Of a stretch of DNA of 64,000 bases, positions 53,381 through 64,000 are shown piece after piece. How positions within the stretch are numbered: the stretch's first letter is position 1; each line of letters starts with the position of its first letter. The stretch lies in NCBI RefSeq assembly GCF_009914755.1, contig NC_060930.1. The stretch is one strand, 5' to 3'. This stretch comes from the human T2T-CHM13v2.0 reference genome, Homo sapiens. The notes under the pieces were generated by a model. That model was not told the origin of the DNA, searched no databases, and saw only the letters and a list, made by a program, of their open reading frames with translations. The position numbers and the translations under genes were made by a program.

Positions 53381-55640
53381 CCTCTTGGCTCACCTAAGCT
53401 AATAATAAGTGGTAATAATTAAGGAATTATCCTTCTTGGACAACTTAATTTTTTGTTTTTATGTTAGCTGCAGCATTCTGGAGATAGTCTTTATAGATAA
53501 AAAGTTTTGCCTGAAACTTGGAAACTATGTAGCTTGACTTCAATATATTCACAAACACAAGTTTAAGAAATTATTAAGAAAGTCTCTGCAAAAGAGAAAC
53601 AGTCTTTATAATGACAGACTATTCAAAGATTTTTATCCACATACAAGAAACAACAAAGTTAGAAAATTCTACTGGAAACCTCAAACTCACATTTTAAAAC
53701 TGCTATTTTGACCTACCGATATGTATTTCAGGGATTGTAGCAGGTTATTGGGAAGTAGGCTTTAACCAGGGTGGGCAGGGGGTTTTCAGGAAACTGTAAT
53801 GGTGCCAAAATATGGCCACATACTCTGTCTACACTGGAGACTGGTCTAGCTGCCCTGCCTGGCTGCTGTCTCTCTACTTGCTCAAATACAAAATGTCGTA
53901 AAATGTGCAGACGGGGCTGGCAGGTAACCCAGGGTTATCTTCTGATAAAGAAGAGCTATTTCAGTGCTTTCAGTAGCTGAATGCCATTCTGCTTCTCTCA
54001 TTCTTCTGTCCCAAACTTCTGCATTTGGTTGTGTGTACTCCTAAATAGAAAAATAGTATCACGTTATTTTTAAGTATAATTCTTTAAACTTGAAATTTAG
54101 CATCCATATAGAAAATGAGCATAAATCATAAGTTGCACTTACCTCAGTTAATTCTTCCTAAGTAAATATACCTGTGTAAGCACTACTCAGATCAATAGAT
54201 AAAGAATTACAAACACCCAGTAGCTTAACTCATCATCCATCCCAGTCATCCCCTCCACCAAAGGAGACCACTATTGTGACTTCTTTTTTATAGATTACTT
54301 CTGCCTATTTTTGAACTTCCATAGTTGGATTTATGTAGTGTGTATTTTTTGGTGTCTGGCCTCTTTTCCTTGTGAGATTAAAACATTGTGTAGCAATAAT
54401 TTATTCATCATTTCCATAGAATATTCTATTATATGCATATTTCACATTTCATTTATTCTCTGTTGATGGAAATGGAGTTGTTTCTAGATGTTGGCTTACA
54501 CAGTTAATGCTGCTGTGAAGTGTTCATTCATGTCTGTTGGTCTTTCGGAGCACATAGTACACAGATGTGGAATTGCTGAGTTGTAGGTTCTACGTATACT
54601 CAGCTTTGACAGGTACTACCAGTTTTCCAAAGTAATTACACCAATTTATACCCCCAACAGGTGTATGAGAGTTCCGGTAGTCCTTTTGAAATTAGACTGT
54701 TTTTCTTATTGACCTCTAGAAAACTTGCATATTTTAGACACAAAAGATTTTTAGGGTGTATATATTGCAAATACTTTCTCCCATTCTATGACTTGCCATT
54801 TCATTCTCCTAATTGCATCTTTTGATGAGTAGATGACCTTGATTTCAATAGCATTTAATTTATCAGTCTTTTTCTTTGTAGTTAGTGTTTCTTGTGCTTT
54901 GTTAAGACAACTTTGCTTATTTCAAAATAAAGAAGATATTCTTCTGTGTTTGCTTTGGAATTTTTATCATTTTACCTTTCATATTTCATTCTTCAGTCTA
55001 CTTGGAAATAATATTTTTGTGTGGAAATAATATTTTTGTGAAGTAGAGGTCAAGATTCTGATATTACAATATGGATATCCAATGGAATCCTTACTTTTTA
55101 TTGAAAAGACCATTCTATCCCTATTACACTTCTCTGTCAACTTTCTTATAAATAAAAGATCATATATGGTTCTCTATTCTGTTAAACTTGTTTATTTGTC
55201 TATATTTTAGCAATTACCACAGTTTTAACTAATGAAGCTTTGTTATAAAAGTCTTGATGTCTGTTATGTAATTCTTCTAACTTTTCAACTTCAAAATTGT
55301 CTTGCCTTTTCTTGGCAATATACAAGACTATTTAGCTCGTTAACAATTTTTTTCAATCATGTTTTATAATTTTTTTGTGTAAAGTATTTGGATATCTTCC
55401 ATTAGGTTTATGCATAATTATTTTATTTAAAAAAGTCATCTTATCAATGATATCATTTAAAAATTTTTAGTTTTGTTTTTTGCTAGAATGTAGAAATTGT
55501 AACCATGTATCTAATGTCCTTTCTTATTAAGTCTAGTAGCTTTACTTATTACTTCTAATAGCTTATTCCCACAAAGTATAACTACTATTCTGAATTCTAT
55601 CACCATAGGTTGGTTTTGCCTAATACATTAACTTACTACT

Positions 55641-55702
55641 TTAATTTTTTTTGTTGTTTTCATAGGTTATTGGGGAACAGGTGGTGTTTGGTTACATGAG
55701 TA
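55641..55702 (-). mobile_element. Very short L1PB-like 3' end insertion
   Basis: 'cataggttattggggaacaggtggtgtttggttacatgagta' with T tail, flanked by taacttactact/taacttattatt. Confidence 0.7.
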
Positions 55703-56061
55703 ACTTATTATTTTTATCAGTAGATTTCCTTGAATTTTTTTACATATAGAATCATGTGTTCTGCAAATGATGACCACTTAGTTTCTTTCTTTTCAGTCCT
55801 TATATATAAAATATTTTAAATATTGCCTTAATACTTTGGTTAGGATTTCTAGTACAATGTTTAAAGGAAATGGAGATGGGGCATCTTTGTCTCATTTCTG
55901 ATCACTCAGGTAGAAAGATTTTAGTATTTCATCATTAACCATGATGTTTGGTGAGAATTTTTGTAAATGACCTTTATTGGGATAAAACAAAATTTCTTTT
56001 ATTTCTAGTCTACTGAGAGTTATTTTATTTTAAAAATATGATCAATGTTAAATTTAAAAAG

Positions 56062-56325
56062 TTTATTTTAATAGTTTTTTTTGCTTATGTGGATAAATTA
56101 TATAGTGAATTCTTAGATTTTAGGGCACTGGTCACCTGAATAGTGTACTTTGTACCTAAACTATGGTTTTTTCAATCCCTAGGCCCCTGTCATACCCCGC
56201 TTCTGAGTCTCTAAAATCCGTTATAGCATTTTGTATGCCTTTGCATACTTATAGCTTAGCTCTCACTTATAAGTGAGAACATACAGTTTTGGTTTTCCAC
56301 TCCTGTGTTACTTCACTTAGAATAA
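56062..56325 (-). mobile_element. L1PB/L1MA 3'UTR fragment
   Basis: 'cttagctctcacttataagtgagaacatacag...ccactcctgtgttacttcacttagaataa'. Confidence 0.75.
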
Positions 56326-56753
56326 CTTATTAAATGTTTTTCCTGAAAGTACTGAGATGATCATATGGCCTTTCTGTTTTATTCAAATAAGTTAAGGAGT
56401 TAATTGATTTTTAAATGTTGAAGCAACGTTGTATTCTTGTAAAAACATGAATTTGATCATAATGTATTACGTATTTCATGTACCACTGGATCCAATTTGC
56501 TAATACTACATTTAGAAATTTTGCATCTATATTAATGAGAGAGACTGGCTTTACATTTTTATTTCTTGAAATGTCTTTACCAGCTTTTTGTATCAAGGTT
56601 ACGCTGTCCTCATAAAATTAGCTTTGAAGTATTTTCTCTTTTGTTCTACTCTGCAAAGATTTCTTCCGTAAGATGGTGTGACTTCTCTCTTAAATGTATA
56701 AATAATTTACTTCTGATGTCATCTGAGTCTTGAATATTTTGTTGCAAGGTTTT

Positions 56754-56896
56754 TGTATTTGTTTGTTTGTTTTAGATGGAGTCTCGCTCTCTCGCCCAGG
56801 CTGAACTGCAGTGTCGCTATCTGGGTTCACTGCAAGCTCCGCCTCCCGGGTTCACCATTCTCCTGCCTCAGCCTCCTGAGTAGCTGGGACTACAGG
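56754..56896 (-). mobile_element. 5'-truncated AluY-type element (right arm only)
   Basis: 'cactgcaagctccgcctcccgggttcaccattctcc'; TSD gcaaggtttt at 56744-56753 and 56897-56906. Confidence 0.88.
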
Positions 56897-57565
56897 GCAA
56901 GGTTTTAAATTAAGAATTTTATATGCATATCACACACATATGTATGTAAGTATATATTTCTTGTGTCAGTTTTAATATTTGTAGTTTTTAAGAAATTTTG
57001 TCTACATTTTCAAATGTATTGCCATAATATTTACAGTACAATCTCCTTATGTTTTTAATGTCCATAAGCTTTGTAGTTATGTACCACTTCTATTACTAGC
57101 GTTTATAATTTTTTCCTACTCTCTTATTTTTTTCTTTATCTATCCTATTAGGATTTACTAATTTTATTATTCTTTTCAGGGACTAACTTTAGGTTTTGTT
57201 AATTGTTTTCTATTATACATTTGTTTCTATTTCAGTTATTTCTACTCTTATCATCATTATTCTCTTCTACATTCTTCAGATTTAATTTACCATTCTTTTT
57301 TAATTGCTTGAGATAGATATTGATATAACTTTCAGATTTTTTGCTTTTATAACATATGCACTTAAGGTTATACATTTGCCTCTAAATATGGCCTTAGCTG
57401 CATCACAGGAACTATGTTGTGTCATGTTTTTCTTTATTATTTCGGTAAAATATCTAATTTCCATAGTTATCACCCGCAGCTCAAAAATAAGCTAATGTCT
57501 TGAGGGAAAATGTGGTGCAGAATGTGGGCTCACTTCTTTGAGGTTACATATTCTCTCTCTCTGTT

Positions 57566-57945
<380 letters not shown>

Positions 57946-58519
57946 TAAAACCACAAGTTTCTGCTCAGCTTCTGACTATTACACTACATATGAATCAACA
58001 AATACCCAGAAAGAAAAAATGGTGGGGCAAATGAAGCAACTCAGTGTGCCTCCCTTCTTTCCAGGATCTGTCACTCTCAAATGTTGGCTACCTTAGTTGC
58101 TCTCCCATTTTTTTAAAACTGCTATTTTTAAAACATTTTATTTAGTTTTTACATGTGTTCTCATTGGGAAGGCTGATCTGACTCAGATATTCTATCACAC
58201 TAGAAGCACAAGTCACCACCTCAAATAACTTCTGAGCTGGGGAAAATAATTAGAGATTAAGTAGAAATCTCATAATTGGTCAAATGCTACAAATACTTAG
58301 TGACAGAGAGCTAGAATCTGTAATTCTTGATTCCTTATAAAGTAAAACATGTGTGGGAACGTGGTTCCAGGGTCATAGACATGGCAGCTGGGACTACTCA
58401 TTCTTCTCCATAGTCTTGGCTTCGGGGCAATCATTTTCTAATCCTGTAACATCCCCCAAATGCTCCCACTATGTGAATCTAAATTACACTACTAGAAAAA
58501 ATACATCCTCCAGCTGTAC

Positions 58520-59270
58520 TCCTAAACTGTCAACCTACAGATATTTTATGAAGCATATGGCACATATTAGGAATTGTGCTAGTACTGCAGCGACAAAGAT
58601 GAAAAGCACAGATTTTTTTTCTCACACAGCTAACAGTAAAGAATGGGAAAGAGATAAGCCAACAAACAATAAGAAAATGACTTCTATGGGGATATAGAAA
58701 ACATGCAATGAGTGCACTGCTGAAGGAGCAATGGAATGCCTGGGGAGTTGAGGAAGACTTTCCTAAAAGGCAGGAATGAAATAAGATTCCATCGTAAACA
58801 AATAGGAGAATGGAATTCCATGAAAAGGTAGCAGTATGTGCAAAGGAATAAAAATATGAAAGAGTGTGATATGTTTTGGGAAATCTATAAGGCTTTTTTC
58901 TTCTCCTTGTGCTGAACTTTGAAGTGCAAGGTTAGATAAAGAGGCTAGCAGGTAGACAGAGACAAGGTCATGATCAAATTGGTCAAATGATAGGAGACGA
59001 GTTGGAGAATGGGCCTCAGACCTGGCAGGGGGAGAGTTTGGTTCACTGTGTCAAATTCTCCTTTGGGGTCCAATGAGATAACTATAATGAGTTCTACTTG
59101 AAAGTTATTAATATCTTTAGCAAGGGAAATTGAGAAGAATTGGTTGATGCAAAAATCAAGTCTAAAGTCAGATTGCAATGGATTGAGACATAGATAGAAG
59201 GAGAAGACATAGAGATATTCAACGTAGTACTTTTTTTACTTGGCTGTTAAAAAAGGAGTAGCTTTTAAAT
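58520..59270 (-). mobile_element. L2 fragment
   Basis: 'tgaggaagactttcc' and 'gtcagattgcaatggattgag'. Confidence 0.65.
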
Positions 59271-59781
59271 AAAAATACAACTAAGAAGGTCAATGTGAAA
59301 CTAATTTAAATTCCATAAATAATATGCATTCACATTCTACTCTGGATTTTCAAAACTTAATATTATGTGGAAATTGAAATAGGGCTAATGATCCCTAAAA
59401 TAGCAAAAGTAACTTGCTAGAAATTGTTTGTATGCAAGGCAGGCTGTCTTAATGCTCTCTCCCTTAATTGCTCTCTCACCTCCTCATGTACTCCACATAT
59501 ACATTCATGAACAAGGAGGCTCTCTCTTCATTTCTTCAACATGATACAAGCATATGTTGAAGGTCAGGCCTCATGCCTGGTGCTGGGGATACAATGGGGG
59601 AAAAATAGACTCAGATCATGTCCTCCTCCTATTTCTTTCACAGAATCACAACAATAGAATTCTAAGGGCTGTGAGGAAAAGGTGCAGAATGCTATGGAGA
59701 TAACAGGGAGAAGTAAATTTATCTGAGGGTTGAGGAAAGTGTGTAGGAAAGACATTCCCAAGGATATATAGAGTGTGATGA

Positions 59782-62071
59782 TGATATGGTTTGGCTCTGT
59801 GTCTCCACCCAAATCTCATCTTGTAGCTCCCATGATTTTCACCTGTTGTGGGAGGGATCCGGAAGGAGATGATTGAATTATAGGGGCAGGTCTTTCCTGT
59901 GCTGTTCTCACGATAGTGAATGGGTCTCATGAGATCTGATGGTTTTAAAAATGGGAGTTGCCCTGCATAAGCTCTTTTTGCCTGCCATCATCCACATAAG
60001 ATGTGATTTACTCCTCTTTGCCTTCCACCATGATTGTGAGGCCTTCCCAGCCATGTGGAATTGTAAGTCCAATAAACCTCTTTCTTTTGTAAATTGCTCA
60101 GTCTTGGGTATGTCTTTATCAGCAGCATGAAAACAGACTAATATAGTAAATTGATATCAGGAGTGGAGTGTTGCTGAAAAAATACCCGAAAATGTGGAAG
60201 CAACTTTGGAACTGGGTAACAGGCAGAGATTGGAACAGTTTGGAGGGCTCAGAAGAAGACAGGAAAATATGGGAAAATTTGAAACTTCCTAGAGACTTGT
60301 TGAATGGCTTTGACAAAAAAATGCTGATAATGATATCACCAATAAGGTCCAGGCTGAGGTGGTCTCAGATGGAGATGAGGAATTTGTTGGGAATTGGAGA
60401 AAAGGTGACTCTTGTTATGTTTTAGCAAAGAGACTGGCAGCATTTTGCCCCTGTCCCAGAGATTTGTGGAACTTTGAACTTGAGAGAGATGATTTAGGGT
60501 ATCTGGTGGAAGAAATTTCTAAGCAGCAAAGCATTCAAGAAGTGACTTGGGTGTGGTTAAAGGCATTCAGTTTTAAAAGGGAAGCAGAGCATAAAAGTTC
60601 TAAAAATTTGCAGCCTGACTACGCAATCGAAAAGAAAATCCCATTTTCTGAGGAGAAACTCATGCTGGCTGCAGAAATTTGCATGAGTAATGAGGAGCTG
60701 AATGTTAATCCCCAAGACAATGGGGAAAATGTGTCCAGAGTATGTCAGAGGTCATTACAGCAGCCCCTCCCATTACAGGCCCAGAGGCCTAGGAGGAAAA
60801 GATGGTTTCATGGGCCAGGCTCAGGGCACCCCTGCTCTGTGTAGCCTAGGGACTTGGTACCCTGCATTCCAGCCACTCCAGCCATGGCTGAAAGCGGCCA
60901 AGGTACAGCTTGGGCTGTTGCTTCAGAGGATGGAAGCCACAAACCTTGGCAGCTTCCACGTGGTGTTGAGCCTGCAAGTGCATGGAAGTCAAAAATTGAG
61001 GTTTGGGAACCTCTGCCTAGATTTCAGAAGATGTATGGAAGTGCCTGGATGCCCAGGTCGAAGTTTACTACAGGGGCAGGGCCCTCATGGAGAACCTCTG
61101 CAATGGCAGTGCAGAAGGGAAATGTGGGGTTGGAGCCTCTACAAAGAGTCCCTACTGGGACACTGCCTAGTGGAGCTGTGAGAAGAGGGCCACCATCATC
61201 CAGACCCCAGAATGGTAGATCCACCAACAGCTTGCACCATGCACCTGGAAATCTGCAGACACTCAATGCCAGCCTATGAAAGCAACCAGGAGGGAGGCTA
61301 TACCCTGCAAAGTCACAGAGGCAGAGCTACTCAAGACCATGGGAACCCACCTCTTGCATCAGTGTGACCTGGATGTGAGACATGGAGTCGAAGGAAACAA
61401 TTTTGGAGCTTTAAGATTTGACTGCCCCCCTGGATTTTAGACTTGCATGGGGCCTGTAGCCCCTTTGTTTTGGTAAATTTCTCCCATTTGGAATGGTTGT
61501 ATTTACTCAATGCCTGTATCCCCATTGTATCTAGGAAGTAACTAACTTGCTTTTGATTTTACAGACTCATAGGCAGAAGGGACTTGCCTTGTCTTAGATG
61601 AGACTTTGGACTGTGGACTTTTAAGTTAATGCAGAAATGAGTTGAGACATTGGAGGACTGTTGGGAAAGGATGATTGGTTTTGAAATGTGACGATATGAA
61701 ATTTGAGAGAGGCCAGGGGCAGAATGATCTGGTTCGTCTCTGTCTCCCCACCCAAATCTCATCTTATAACTCCCATAATTCCCATGTTATGGAGGGATCT
61801 GGTGGGAGATGATTTAATTAGGGGGTGGGTCTTCCCTCTGCTGTTCTCATGATAGTGAATGGATCTTATGAGATCTGACAAAAAGACAAGCTCTTTTTGT
61901 CTTCTGCCATCCATGTAAGATGTGATTTGCTACTCCTTGCCCCTTGCTTTCCTCCATTATTGTGAGGCCTCCCCAGTGATTTGGAGCTATAAGTCCAGTA
62001 AATCTCTTTCTTTTGTAAATTGCCCAGTCTCGGGTATATCTTTATCGGCAGTGTGAACACAGACTAATACA
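59782..62071 (+). mobile_element. Full-length THE1 (THE1A-like) MaLR element, inserted in L2
   Basis: 5' LTR 59782-60145, ~1.58-kb internal region, purine tract 'gagagaggccaggggcagaa', 3' LTR 61725-62071. Internal ORF pieces (60168-61279) are decayed MaLR ORF. Confidence 0.94.
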
Positions 62072-62074
62072 GAC

Positions 62075-62460
62075 ATGAAATCCAAGAAATCCAAAGGAAG
62101 AGTAGGAGTTAAGAAGGCAAAAGGGGAAAGTGTATTTGGGGTTGGAGGGGAAAGCATTTTAGCATAGGGGGTGATCTGTGGTAGGAGTGTTGAAATTGAC
62201 GAGTGAGTGACCCAGGCAGTAGTGAGATCAAGAGTCTTGTGGCTTGTTTTCATGGTTTTGAAAAACCATAGAAAGGGTTTCAGCAGAGGAATGATATAAT
62301 CAGATTTTAACTTTAAAATATTCTTGCTGAAAGAAGAAGAGATTGGAGGTGTGTGGTGGTGATAGTGGAAGAAGAAAACAGTAAAGAAAATCTTAAAAAT
62401 TGAGTGAAATCAACAGGATTTTGGTAGATTGGTGAAAAAAAGGTGTTAAGGATTGTGGTA
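62075..62460 (-). mobile_element. L2 fragment (continuation of ~59540-59780)
   Basis: 'gagtaggagttaagaaggcaaa' and 'gggtttcagcagaggaatgatataatcagatttt'. Confidence 0.65.
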
Positions 62461-63079
62461 TATAATAAGCACAGAAGTCAGAAATGTTAGAAACATTCAT
62501 GAGAAACAATAAAATGAACCACCAAAGATATATTTACTAAATTTGTAGAATTCTGTTTCCATCTATTCATATGTCATAGGATGATGATGTTAAATCTAGC
62601 ATAGCTACCTGATTGTGTATTTGGCTCAAAGGCAACCCCACAAAGGTACTTGTGTAGGATTTGGGTAGAAAAGGGTGAGGTCACCTCTAGAAAACAACAC
62701 TCTAGGCTCTCTGTCCTCAGCAGAATGGCTGGCCAGAATCAACAGGAGATGCTTCTTTTATGCCTTTCCCGCAAGTGAGCTGGGTGCTGCTTGCAGCTGA
62801 ATTAGAGTAATATATTTAATCAGCCCGAGAATTTTAGGGCAGACAGATTTTTCCCCCCTCCTTGATTGTAAGTACTCATTCGCTAAGATTTTATTTGTAG
62901 ACCAAGTTGGGAGCTTGTCTCCCTTATCATTTTAGATACGTATTTCAAACAAATGATCTGTTTCACTTGGTTGAATTGGGTACTATAGAGAAATCTATAC
63001 CTGCAATGGCAAGATGTGTTAATTCTTATAGGCTAGTGTAGCACCAATTATCACATGTGAGTAGTTATTGGTCAATTCA

Positions 63080-63230
63080 GCTCCATTCAATCAACATTGA
63101 TTGAGCATCTAATGTACCAGGCACTGGGTTATGCCCTAGAGATATATAAAGGTCCATAAGAAATAGTCATTGTCTTTGAGGAATTCATAGTATAGTGAGG
63201 AAAGAAATATAAATAGATAATTTTGTTCAA
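63080..63230 (-). mobile_element. L2 3' end
   Basis: 'cattcaatcaacattgattgagcatctaatgtaccaggcactggg'. Confidence 0.75.
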
Positions 63231-63504
63231 GTCACTTCTGTTTATAGAGGACCTGCTATATCTGCTGCTCTCATTACTATGATGGTACTCAATAAGCCAC
63301 TGAATTATGAGCTTAGTCACACTAGAATGTGCATCTTCCTCTAGGATGCATAAACAAAATACAGATAAGAGAACTGAGTTGATACTATGCAACTTTCTAA
63401 TCAGGCCTGTGATGACAAAAGTTCCAAATAAAGTTATCTTGGCTGCCACTGAAAACATAGCCTTTTATTATTAGGCCTCGCCTCCAGTTTTTCCCCTATC
63501 TTTA

Positions 63505-64000
63505 ACTTTTTTTATTTTTATAATATTTTATAAAAATATATAAAATATACAGTAGGTGTATATTTTATGAAATACATGAGATATTTTGGTACAGGCATGC
63601 AACAATCACATCATGGAAAATGGAGTATTCATCCCCTAAGATATTTATTCTGTGTGTTACAATCTAATTATATTCTTAATTATTTAAAATTGTACGGATT
63701 TCTCTTCACTAGACTGATTTCCTTTCTTTTGGGTATATACCCAGCAGCGAAATTGCTAGATGGTATGATAGTTGTAGTTTTAGTTTTTTGAGGAACCTCC
63801 AAGCTTTTCTCCATAGTGGTTGTACTAATTTACATCCACACCAACAGTATACAAGGCATCCCTTCTCTCCACATTCTTGCTAGCATTTGTTATTGCCTGT
63901 CTTTTGGATATAAGCCATTTTAACTGGGATGAGATGATGTCTCACTGTAGTTTTGATTTGCATTTCTCTAATGATCAATGATGCTGAGTACCTTTTCATA
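63505..64000 (-). mobile_element. L1MA 3' end with internal deletion, running off the window
   Basis: 'gatttcctttcttttgggtatatacccagcag...gaggaacctcca...ataagccattttaactggg'. Confidence 0.87.

Larger units (their letters stand above)
54075..57470 (-). mobile_element. Long ancient L1M (ME/MD-like) with nested younger insertions
   Basis: T-rich antisense L1 from the 3'UTR into ORF2; ORF 56411-56596 'PVSLINIDAKFLNVVLANWIQ' is a decayed RT motif. Confidence 0.82.

Noticed and set aside
55004-55040. Short tandem duplications (also near 3747-3794, 36979-37016 and 45367-45405)
   Set aside because: Ordinary slippage duplications with no sign of function.
60168-61525. Cluster of 60-160-aa ORFs suggesting a gene
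   Set aside because: These are fragments of the decayed THE1 internal ORF in shifting frames.

Overview
This is primate, most likely human, AT-rich, repeat-dense intergenic or intronic DNA. It contains Alu, L1PA, HERVH, THE1, MLT, L2 and MIR elements. I find no credible cellular protein-coding gene, RNA gene or CRISPR array; the ORFs I can assign are retroelement remnants or translations of low-complexity tracts. The main feature is a two-LTR HERVH provirus on the minus strand (37803-43475) with a 5-bp TSD, a tRNA-His primer site, a strong leader splice donor and decayed gag/pro/pol. Other features are a young 5'-inverted L1PA2-like insertion with an 18-bp TSD, a full THE1 element, a MER11 LTR nested in an LTR8/26-like LTR, and several solo LTRs. 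The less expected signals are structural: a 27-bp hairpin-unit minisatellite bracketed by a perfect 27-bp inverted repeat, a 25-bp inverted repeat beside a 500-bp purine tract, two small palindromes inside LTRs, a recursive-splice-like site, and a few candidate noncoding exons and motif clusters. Repeat subfamily names come from my recall of consensus sequences and need RepeatMasker/Dfam confirmation. The sequence alone does not support a new biological system.
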